From Candidatus Amesbacteria bacterium (lineage in GTDB: Bacteria > Patescibacteriota > Microgenomatia > CAZETR01 > Amesbacteraceae), in the NCBI GenBank assembly GCA_963736875.1, contig CAVTQH010000003.1, positions 129,756-193,755 of the forward strand: DNA of 64,000 nt, written 5' to 3'. How positions within the stretch are numbered: position 1 is the stretch's first letter; the number at the start of each line of letters is the position of its first letter. The translations under genes were made by a program, and so were the position numbers. Below are positions 50,532-62,500 of the stretch, piece after piece. The notes under the pieces were generated by a model. It saw only the letters and a list, made by a program, of their open reading frames with translations, made no database searches and was not told the DNA's origin.

Positions 50532-53500
50532 TTAATTAATCACCCACCAATTAATATTGATATCCTGCCTGGCGACCTTATCCATAGAGATAATGAAGCG
50601 ACCGGAATCGGTGGCGGTAGCAGCCAGGGCTACAGGGAAATCGGGCGTGACGAAAATGGCAGAACCGGTGGATACGGCATCGGTTTGGATTGTCAGCTGC
50701 TGGGTGCCGGTGGGCAGGACAGCTCTGCCGATGGAAGCTGAAGAAGTTGCCACGCCGGAATCCGTACCCAGGACTTTGACTTTTTCAGTTTTAACTTCTT
50801 TGGCAATCAGGGTTCCGGTAATGGTCAGGTCTCCGGAATCAGTAAGGATGGCGGCGCCGTTTTGCAGCGACAGGTAGCCGATGAGGGATGACAAGTCTCC
50901 GAGAATGTCATCAAACTTAAGAAGCCCCACCCGGAGAATTCCGGCAATGGTGGTATCGGAAAGAACTGACGGAGCGGTGACGGTCAGGCGACCGGAGATG
51001 GTGGCGTCTCCCAAAAGGTCCAGACTTGAAGCGGAGACGGGAGAAAGAGCAGCTGAAACCGAAGCCATATTCATACTTGCCAACTGGGCGGAAATGGAGG
51101 CAATTTGAGAATCGAGAAGCTGACAAGGAAATATTGCAGGCCGCGGTGCCGATGTCAGAGGCGATGATCTGACCTTGGACAGCCAGATTGCCGGTGGTGT
51201 CGAAAGCCAGGGCATTGACCGGATCAACCCAAGAAGCGGAAGCGGATATGGATATGGTATCGGCAGGATTGGCCGGGTCCCAGGCAGTCAGAGCCTTGCC
51301 GATGGTAAAGCCGGGTTTGACGGATTTCGAAGCGGTGCCGGGCAGGGTAGAGGCGGTAAGGTAATCACCAATGGCGATAGCCGGGGATGCGGGATCAATT
51401 TTGACCGGGATCTGGCCGGAAATGGCTATCAGAACTTTGTCGGGACCATCCTGACCGCCGGAAAATCCGGATTCGGATGAAACCACACCTAAAAGCCTGG
51501 AGTCGTATGGCGTATCTGCCCTGGTGACACCATCAGGACCGAGTGCCGCCACCTCACCCGGAGTGAATTGACTGCCGTCTTTGACAAAATATTCGGCATA
51601 ATTGGTATTGTCGGTGGTGTATGTAATACTGCCGGTTTCGGTACTGGCGATGGCTCCCCGGATGATACCGCTGTCATCTTTGAAAACAAGATGATTTTCA
51701 CCCGGGACGGAGGTGGTGGTGAGGGTGCCGGTCATACTAACATCTGCGGGAAGAGTGAGATTGCCGGAGTCGTCAAAAGCCAGAGAGAAATTAGGATCAG
51801 CCCAGATCGGATTAACATAGGCCAAGATTTTGTCTTTACCGGAGGACGGGGTCCAGGATTCCAGGGCTTTGGCGATGGTAAACCCGGGTGTGCTGGCTTT
51901 TATTGCCCGACCGGCATCGGAGCTGGAAGTGAGCAAGTCTCCGGGTTGGATAGGTTGAGAGGTGGAAGAGATTTTAATAGCGATTTGACCAACAATACCG
52001 ACCATGACAGTGTTTGGACCCTCCTTACCTCCCAAGAATGCCGGATTTTCAGAGACGATTCCGATCATTTTTGAATCATTTGCAGAGGAACTTTTGGTTG
52101 CTCCCGAGGGTGACTGGGTTACGATTTCTCCGACTTCGAAAGAAGTGTCGGCAGAAGCAAAATACTCAGCAAAGTCGGCTGAACCTGATTGATATGTCGT
52201 ATCTAACGCACCGTTAGACCGGATATTACCGACCATGATTCCGCTACCATTCAGGAAACTGATGAAGCGGTTGGTGACAGCCCCATTTCCGGTATAACCA
52301 AGTTTGACTGCCAGACCGGCGGAATTGGGACCGTTGAACATATTTTCGATCATGGCGGATGCAGTGGATGACTGGGAATCGGAGACGGTGAATTTTAGAG
52401 TAGCCGAGCCGGTACCGATGAGAACCTTGCCGTCGGTGGCGGTATCAAAGACGATGTTGCCGGAGTTGTAGGTTTTAAGAGTCAGGTTATTGCATTCAAA
52501 AGATTCTCCGGCACGGATTGACAGCGGGCCGTAGGATTCAAATACGGAAGCGGTTTGGTTGGTCATAACCAGGTCATAGGCCATGGAGACATCACCGGCG
52601 GCGGTAAACTCGTGAGGTATGGAGGACGTGACCTTGGTTTCGGAGACGGAGAAGAGACCGGAACCGGCGGAAGTGATGTTGAAAAGATTGCCGGTAGTAT
52701 CCCCAGTTGCACCGATATTAATCCGGAAGAGGTCACCGGAGGCGGTGGCGGGTGAAGACGGGGACCAGTCCAGAGAAGCCAGTCTGCCGGAGGTCAGGGA
52801 AGTGGCGGTGGATGTCAGATTCAGGAGATTGCCGGTAGTCCAGGTGTTGCCGGAGGTAGTCAGGTTTAGGAGTGAACCGCTGGTAAGAGCGGAAGCGGTA
52901 ATACCCATGACATTTCCGGTGGTGGTGACGGTGGAGTTGATGGCAGCAACCCCGCCGGCTGCAGCCTCCACACCGTAGGCTGCAAACTTGGCGGAAGCGG
53001 TGGATGTGGCTCCCACCAGCAGGTCAAAAGTGGAATTGACAGGGGAAACCTGCTGATCAGTCAGTTGCCAGTAGTTGGTACCGGCACCTCCGGAACAGGC
53101 AGACCAGGAAAGAGTGCCGGAGCCGTTACTGGACAGACACTGGGTACCGGTGGAATCAACATTGGGAAGAGTCCAGATCCTGGAGGTGGTGATGGCATCG
53201 GGACCTTTGAAACCGACGTATTCGGAACCGCCGGCAGCCAGTTCCCGGAATCTGAAGTTCGGCAGTGTTTCCGGCTCCCGTATTGTACGGATACATATTG
53301 ATGTCACCGTTGTTACCCAGGACAAAGCGGGTGGCACCCGAGGCGGATGCGGCGAAGAGATTTTGAGCGCCGGTACCGTTTAATATCAAAGCTGCTTTGC
53401 CAGGGTTATTGGCAGCCAGATCAAATGATCCGGAGTTATTGTATTCAACTATGTTGCCATTTCCGGTGTTATTTTCGATAGTTCCGGCAGTGTTTCCAAG

Positions 53501-56500
53501 AAGATTGTTTCCGGATACGTACATGTTGGAATTTGTGGAACCGCCAAGATCGATAGCGTAACCTGCACAACCGGTGATGGTGTTACCGGTGATGGTGCCG
53601 TGGGTGTTACTGTTATCGTTAATGTAAATTCCATCATCGTCACCTACGGAACTGATAGTGTTACCGGTAATGGAAAAGTTATCCGAGTCGTAAATATCTA
53701 TAGCACCGGAAGTGGTATCGATATCGTAGATGGAATTTCCGGAGATGACGGTATTGTTTCCTGTGACTGTGATGGCTGTTCCTCCGGTGCCATAACCATC
53801 GAAAACGTTACCGGTTATAGTATCCCTTCCACCGGTTCCGGTAGTTGATACTGCTTTCACCCCGGCGGTTGGGTATATGAAATAGTTATTACTTACAACT
53901 GATAAAAATCCCAGGATTATGATTTGCTCGGATCCGACTCCGTTTCCAATATTTTCAAAAGTGTTTCCGGAAATAATATTACCCGTCGAAGCCGTACTGG
54001 TCCAAATCGAATGGTCGGACTGACCGGAGAATAACGAATTAATGATTTTAGAGTCAAAGATTTCATACAAATTCATCCCGGTTAGTCCGTTGGTAATTTT
54101 AAGGTTTTCAAAAACCAGATGAACATGTTCACCGGACGAGTAGAGAGAGTCGATGATATTTTGAGTAATACCGGCATTAGTGATGGTCATGTCATGAAAT
54201 TCGATATCGTCAATACCATCTGAGAGGCTGACTGTGGCCGATCCGCTTCCGCCGCTAATTGATGTCCGGTCACTACCGGCTCCATAGAATTTAAGAGCTT
54301 TTGTGACAGTGATGTTTTCTGAATACGTGCCGGGGGAGATAAAGATGGAGCCACCGGTGGGGGCGTTGGTGATGGCAGCAGCGACAGTGGTATCAGTACC
54401 CCCGCCGTTGGCATCTACAACCCGGTCATATTTAGCCCGCTCGAAAGCGGCGGATTCAGAAGCGATGTTGGTCCAGTTACCGGCGCTGTTTCTCAGCTGC
54501 ATAACTCCTGAGTTGTCCCTGATACCGTAACCGCTGGCTCCGGCGGTGGTACCGAAGTTGAGATATGAAGAAGCATTGAGGACCAGTTCACCGGCGTAAG
54601 TTAATCTGAAGCGGGTGGTACCGGCAGCGGAAGCAGTCAGCAGATCCATATTATCAGTGGAGAGCTGGTTTATTATCACAGCGGCTTTGCCACGAGTTAA
54701 GGATCCGGGAAGAACCACCCGGGCGGAGGAGGTGGCAGTAGCACCCAGAAGAACATCTTCCATAATGTTTCTTTGGGTAAGAGCACCGGTGCCGGTTTCC
54801 TGCCAGTTGCTGGAACCTGATCCACTGGAACAGGCAGACCAGGAAAGAACACCGGAGCCGTTACTGGAAAGACACTGGGTGCCGGTGGAGTCAACATTGG
54901 GCAGGGTCCAGATTCTGGAAGTGGTGATGGCATCGGGACCTTTAAATCCGACGTATTCCGAACCGCCGGCTGCCAGTTCCCGGAATCTTAATTCAGCAGT
55001 ATCTCCGGAGTCGGTATGGTACGGATACATATTAATATCGCCGTTACTGTCGACGGTGAACAAGGTGTTGTTGGCTTTGTTGAATTTCAGGAAGTTACCT
55101 GAAAAGCCATTGCCGCCGGCACCGGTGTTATCAATATCGGCAAAGAGGACATTGCCCGAGAAAGCGGAATTTCCGCCCTGGCCCAACTGAACGATGTTGC
55201 CGGTGGTGATGGCGGAGGCGGTAGCGGTCAGGATATTGCCGGTAAGAGTACCTGAGCTCAAAAGGGCAGCGCTGCCGGTGTGGGCGCCGGAAGCATTGAG
55301 GTAGAATGCCCCGTTGGTAAAGGCTGCGGTACTGCCTGTCGTGAGAGAAAGCAAGCTGCCGGTCAATCCTGTACCAGAAGAACCAACAGCCAGGAGATTA
55401 CCGCCGGTTGCGGAATTGGCAGCCAAATTGAGCAGCCCCGTACCAGTGTATATGCCGGAGGTGGTGATGGTTGCACCGTTGCCGGCGGTAGCTGCTCCCA
55501 TGTTTAAGTCAAGCAGTTCGCCGTTGGTGGTCATGGAAGTGCCGCCGATGATTTCCATGCCGGTGCCCGAAGTAAGGCCGGTAAAGGAAAGCTTTGAGCC
55601 GTCGCCGGTGGTCAGGGAATTGGCAACGACGTTAATCAGGCCGTCGGCAGCTCCGGTTCCGGTGTACACGCCGGTGGAAGTGACGGTGACGCCGGCACCC
55701 ACGGTATTGGCTCCCAGGACCAGGTCAACCAGTTCACCGCCGGTGGCCATGGTGGCGGCTGATCCGGTGATCCTCAGACCCGAGCCGGTGGTCAGAGAGC
55801 TGGCAATAATGGAAACAGCATTGTTGGTAGTAGCGGGAGTCCCGATGGCGGTGAAGTAGGCAGAAGCGGTAGCGGTATCACCGACAAATAAATCCTGGGT
55901 GGTGTTTAAGGAAGCCAGACCGGTATTGGTGTTAACCAGCTGCCACTTACTGGTACCGGTGCCTCCTCCGCACGAAGACCAGGAGAAAACTCCGGCACCA
56001 TTACTGGACAGACACTGGGTTCCGGAGGAATCAACATTGGGCAGGGTCCAGATTACGGATGTGGTGATGGCATCGGGACCTTTGAACCCGACGTATTCGG
56101 AACCACCGGCTGCCAGTTCCCGGAATCTTAATTCAGAGGTGTTGCCGGTGGCGGTACCGTAAGGATACATATTAATATCGCCGTTACTGTCGACGGTGAA
56201 CAAGGTGTTGTTGGCTTTGTTGAATTTCAGGAAGTTACCTGAAAAACCATTGCCGCCGGCACCGGTGTTATCAATATCGGCAAAGACGACATTGCCCGAG
56301 AAAGCGGAATTTCCGCCCTGGCCCAACTGAACGATGTTGCCGGTGGTGATGGCGGAGGCGGTAGCGGTGAAGACGTTACCGGTGGCGGTACCCGAAGTCA
56401 GGTTAAGAAGACCTCCGGTTCCGGTGTAGGCGCCGGCGGCGGAGATCTGGACCAGGCCGTTGGTTAAAGCTGTGGCTCCCGAAGGACCGGTGACTTTGAT

Positions 56501-59500
56501 TCCGTAGCCGGTGCCGTTCAGGCCGGTCGTTGAGATATTCAAAGCGCCGCCGGTGCCGGTGGTCAGGGAGTTGGCGGTCAGGGCTTCAAGGACACCGTTA
56601 TTGGTGGTCATGGTAGAGGAGACATCGAGAAGGTTACCGGTCAGGGTAGTGCCGGTGTTGGTGATTTTGAGGCCGGTGCCGGAGGTTACAGAGTTGGCAA
56701 TAATGGCGACGGCATTGTTGGTAGTAGCGGGAGTCCCGATGGCGGTGAAGTAGGCAGAAGCGGTAGCGGTATCACCGACAAACAAATCCTGGGTGGTATT
56801 TAAAGAGGCCAGACCGGTATTGGTGTTAACCAGCTGCCACTTACTGGTACCGGTGCCTCCCCCGCACGAAGACCAGGAGAAAACTCCGGCACCGTTACTG
56901 GACAGACACTGGGTTCCGGAGGAATCAACATTGGGCAGGGTCCAGATTACGGATGTGGTGATGGCATCGGGACCTTTGAACCCGACGTATTCCGAACCGC
57001 CGGCAGCCAGTTCCCGGAATCTTAATTCAGAGGTGTTGCCGGCTCCGGTATTGTACGGGTATAAATTGAGGTCGCCGTTGTTACCCAGAACGAAACGGGT
57101 GGAACCGGAGACGGAAGCTGTAAGAATATTCTGGTCAGTGTTGGTAATATTGAATATAGCCATTGCTTTACCTGAGACGGATCCGTAAACATTTAATATT
57201 CCTTCGGCCGGTGCACTACCATAGAGCACCTTGCCACTATCAGTAATGGTCATGGCAGCTGTCTTGGCACCGTTCTGGTTGGTGTACATGATCAGACTTC
57301 CCTGATCCTGATAGATTGATCCGTCACTCATAATCAGTGACCCGCCGGCGTATACCGCACCCGAGAGGTACAAATCCTTGAAACGGGAAGAGGAGGTGGC
57401 ACCGATATCGACTGCGGAATCGGTGGCAGGAAGCACGGCACCCGTACCCAAGTCAAAAACAATGTTGCCGGAGTTATATGTTTTAAGAGTCAGGTTATTG
57501 GATTCGTAATTATCGCCAACCTCGATGGTAAAGGGAGCTTTGGTTTTAATATTGGATGATGTTTGGTTAGAAAAGTTTAGATCGTAGGCCATGGTGACGT
57601 CGCCGGCGTTATTGAAGGCTGTAGGCAAGTTGGATATAACCTGTGAAGTGGAAACGGAGAAGAGTGATGAACCGTTGTCGGTGATGTTTAGGAGATTACC
57701 GGTGGTATCACCGTTGGCGCCGATGTTTATCCGGAACAAGTCTCCGGAAGCGGTGGCGGCGGATGAGGGAGACCAGTCAAGGGAAAGGAGACGGCCGGAG
57801 GTAAGGGCAGTGCCGGTGCCGGAGATGCTGAAAGCGTTGCCTGTCGTCAGGGAATTGACATTCAGAGTCATGGCGTTTCCGGTCGAGGCTGCCAGACCGG
57901 CAACGTTTAAGAAAGCCGAAGCGGTAGCGGTAGCACCGATATTTAAGTCATCGGTGACGTATGAAGGAGCCAGTGAGCCGTCGGTTCTCTGCCAGAAGTC
58001 ATTGGCTGAAAGACCCAGAGTGCCTCCGGCATCCGGCAGAGTCCAGATGCGGGCAGCTGTCAGGTCAGCGGTGGTTAAAGTACCGGTGTAGGCGGTTCCG
58101 GCTGTGGCGGAGGGAGAAATCTTGAAAGTGTCAGCTGTGGCTGTACCGGAATAGAGGAAGGTATTACCGGTTAAGCCCTCCACCTGGAATCTGGCAGAGC
58201 CGGTAGCAGTACCGCCGATGAAGAGATCCTGAATATCGGCATTTAACGGAGCAAGACCGGTATCGCTGTTGACTAACTGCCAGAAGTTAGTGCCGGAAGG
58301 AGTACCCCAGCTCAAAGTTCCGGAGCCGTTATTCATCAGATACTGGGAACCGGATGACTGGCCGGTAGGCAATGTCATAGAGTAAGTGGTGCCGGTAACA
58401 CCTGAAACCAAAGTAACGGTATTGGCGTTGGAAGCGTTTTGAAGTACCAGACTACCTGCATTGGCGGAGGCAGTACCTAAAGTCAAGCTGCCCGTCCTAT
58501 CAAGTTTCATCACGGTGGCACCTGAAGCTGAAGCTGTCAGGATATTTTGGTCACCGGTTTCGTTTAGCTGGACTAAAGCCTGGCCAACTTTAGCTCCGGA
58601 AATAGTGAGCAGACCGGCTGGGGTAACGGCAGTACCGATGCCGACTCCGCCGGTACCTACGTCCAACAGGATATTGCCGGCGTTGTAGGTTCTCAAGGTC
58701 AGGTTGTTGCTTTCGTGGCTTTCACCAACGTTAATAGTAAACGGACCCAGGGATTCGATCTGGGAAGATGTTTGATTAGTCATGTTGATGTCGTAGCTGA
58801 AGGAGACATCACCGGCGGCGGTAAAGACGGCGGGGATGTTGGAGGTCATCTGGGAAGTGGAGACGGAGAAGAGTGAGGAACCGTTGTCGGTGATGTTTAG
58901 GAGATTGCCCGTGGTATCACCGTTGACCCCGATGTTAATCCTGAACAAGTCTCCGGAAGCGGTAGCGGGGGATGAAGGGGACCAGTCAAGGGAAAAGAGC
59001 CGGCCGGAGGTAAGAGCAGTGCCGGTGCCGGAGATGCTGAAAGCGTTGCCTGTCGTCAGGGAATTGACATTCAGAGTCATGGCGTTGCCGGTTGTGGCTG
59101 CCAGACCGGCAACATTCAGGAAAGCGGAGGCGGTAGCGGTGGCTCCGACATTCAAGTCATCAGTGACAAATGAAGGAGCCAGTGAGCCGTCGGTTCTCTG
59201 CCAGAAGTCATTGGCTGAAAGTCCCAGAGTGCCTCCGGCATCCGGCAGAGTCCAGATGCGGGCAGCTGTCAGGTCAGCGGTGGTTAAAGTACCGGTGTAG
59301 GCGGTTCCGGCTGTGGCGGAGGGAGAAATCTTGAAAGTGTCAGCTGTGGCAGTCCCTGATATCAAGCTGACATCACCGGTACTGCTTACAGTAAAGCGGG
59401 TGGAGCCGGAAAGAGATGCGGTAAGGATATCCTGGGCTTCGGTCTGGTTAATGATGGCTGCTGCCATTCCCCGGTCAAGTGAACCAGCCAGAGAAATCTT

Positions 59501-62500
59501 AGCGGAGGCGGTAGCGGTGGCTCCGAGGTTAACGTCGGCAGTCAGGGAGAAAGGAGACAGCGAGCCTGTGGCAGATAGTTGCCAATAATTTGCTCCCCCG
59601 CTTTGCACTGTTAAATCAACCCAGGTATCCGTAGCTTCACAGTAGTAGATATTAGTGCCACTGCTATACATTTCTCCGACCGTACAGTTGGCAGGAGTTG
59701 TTCCCGGGTCCAGGTAGAGGATGCCTCCATCGGCTGCCGCATTTACTCCGAAGTAGCCAAGATTTATGGAACCATTACCAAAACCTATTCTTCCGTCTGT
59801 CTGATTACTGATAGTCTCGGCATTTTCCAAAACAATTTCTGTCGTTAAATCAGCGGCGTCAAATGTAATCCCTGTTCCGATTGTACCGGCAGAGAAGTTA
59901 ATACCATTGGTCAGCGTCCCCGCATTTTGAGCAATGTTTATGGCATTGGTGGTTGTTCCGCCGGTTCCGTTTCTGTATATATATAATCCGTTGGTCTGTG
60001 TACCTCCTGTATTTGTCATGAAGAAGTCTGCAGCATTTCCGGTACCTGCATTTGTCAGTTCGATCACACTTCCGGTGCAGTCGGCATTTGCTCCGCAGTT
60101 TTGAGCGAGAGATACTAAGTTGGAGGAATCCGAGATGCTGCCTGCGGTTTCGGTTAGGCTGGATGCAATTTTTAGTACATCACCATCTACTACAGTAGAA
60201 CCACTGGCATGAGTATTAGTTATTGATCGGTTTAGTTCTGCAAGATTTACTGAATCGGTAAATGCGGTACCAGACATACTGTTTGAGGTGAGATCGTTTA
60301 AGATTAATAAGTCCATAGAGTTTGTCTGGCCTGACGCTCCGGTATCGTATGAACCGATGTTTATACCTCTGCCACTGCCAATGCCATCCATATTTATTAA
60401 TATTCCTGTGCCCGGTCCTGCTGCTTGGGTAATTTCCAGGACAGCGGCTGATGATAATACGTCAGATTGGCTAAGTTTTAATAAATTCCCGGTCGAATTA
60501 TTTGAACCGTCATTTGCCTGTGTTATTTCCATAACATTCGAAGTTCTGCCACCACTTGCCAAGTTTGAAGTGATAGTAAAAGTGCCTGCGTTTGCAGGAT
60601 TGTAAGCCATATCGTAATCAGAAAGAGCTTCAACGCTGAATATTGCAGATGAAGTGGCCGTTCCCCCTATCGCCAGATCAGCCGTGGTCGAGAATGGCGC
60701 CAGGACCCCGGCGTTTAACTGCCAGAAACCGAACTGGCCGGATGAAGGACCGTAACAGACGGAGCCTGACAGACAGACGGTGCCTGTCGCATCCGGGAAA
60801 GTGATGATGTGGGAGGAAGTCTGGGCGGAAGTCAGAGTCAGAGTGTTGGTGGTACCCAGGACCAGCTGGTTGCTTGCCGCTGCAAAAGTGCCGGAGAGAA
60901 GAGAAGCCGCGCCGGTGTTGGCGATGTTGTATGTGGTGGCTCCGCCGAAACTGACACCCTGGCTGAACTGGGTGTAGTTGGCGACGCCGGTCAAAGTATT
61001 GGTGTTGGGCAGAGTGACGGTGCCGGCCGTCGTCACATTACCCGTCCCGGGAGCGACGGAGAAGTTACTGCCGCCGACGGTTAAATTGGCCGTGGTCACA
61101 TCCAGGCCGTTGGTGGCATCGACGTTGCCGGCAAAAGTAGCCAGGCCGGTTTCGGATATCGTCAACCCCGTGGTCCAGGCATCCTGGCCGCTTTTATACT
61201 GCAGAGTCAAAGGACCCATGTCGGGCCTGATGACGTTGCCGGCGGTGAAGATCCCGGCCACGGAAGCGGTGCCGGATGTCAGCAGATTGCCGGTGTCGGC
61301 ATATACATGGAAGAGAGCGGAAGCGGTGGCCGTTCCCCCTATCGCCAGATCAGCCGTGGTCGAGAATGGCGCCAGGACCCCGGCGTTTAACTGCCAGAAA
61401 CCGAACTGGCCGGATGAAGGACCGTAACAGACGGAGCCTGACAGACAGACGGTGCCTGTCGCATCCGGGAAAGTGATGATGTGGGAGGAAGTCTGGGCGG
61501 AAGTCAGAGTCAGAGTGTTGGTGGTACCCAGGACCAGCTGGTTGCTTGCCGCTGCAAAAGTGCCGGAGAGAAGAGAAGCCGCGCCGGTGTTGGCGATGTT
61601 GTATGTGGTGGCTCCGCCGAAACTGACACCCTGGCTGAACTGGGTGTAGTTGGCGACGCCGGTCAAAGTATTGGTGTTGGGCAGAGTGACGGTGCCGGCC
61701 GTCGTCACATTACCCGTCCCGGGAGCGACGGAGAAGTTACTGCCGCCGACGGTTAAATTGGCCGTGGTCACATCCAGGCCGTTGGTGGCATCGACGTTGC
61801 CGGCAAAAGTAGCCAGGCCGGTTTCGGATATCGTCAACCCCGTGGTCCAGGCATCCTGGCCGCTTTTATACTGCAGAGTCAAAGGACCCATGTCGGGCCT
61901 GATGACGTTGCCGGCGGTGAAGATCCCGGCCACGGAAGCGGTGCCGGATGTCAGCAGATTGCCGGTGTCGGCATATACATGGAAGAGAGCGGAGGCGGTG
62001 GCCGTTCCCCCTATGGCCAGATCAGCCGTGGTCGAGAAAGGCGCCAGGACGCCGGCGTTTAACTGCCAGAAACCGAACTGGCCGGATGAAGGACCGTAAC
62101 AGACGGAGCCTGACAGACAGACGGTGCCGGTCGGCATCCGGGAAAGTGATGATGTGGGAGGAAGTCTGGGCGGAAGTCAGAGTCAGAGTGTTGGTGGTAC
62201 CCAGGACCAGCTGGTTGGTGGCCGGCTGAAAAGTGCCGGAGAGAAGGTTGGCCGCGCCGGTGTTGGCGATGTTGTATGTGGTGGCTCCGCCGAAACTGAC
62301 ACCCTGGCTGAACTGGGTGTAGTTGGCGACGCCGGTCAAAGTATTGGTGTTGGGCAGAGTGACGGTGCCGGCCGTCGTCACATTACCCGTCCCGGGAGCG
62401 ACGGAGAAGTTACTGCCGCCGACGGTTAAATTGGCCGTGGTCACATCCAGGCCGTTGGTGGCATCGACGTTGCCGGCAAAAGTGGCCAGGCCGGTTTCGC

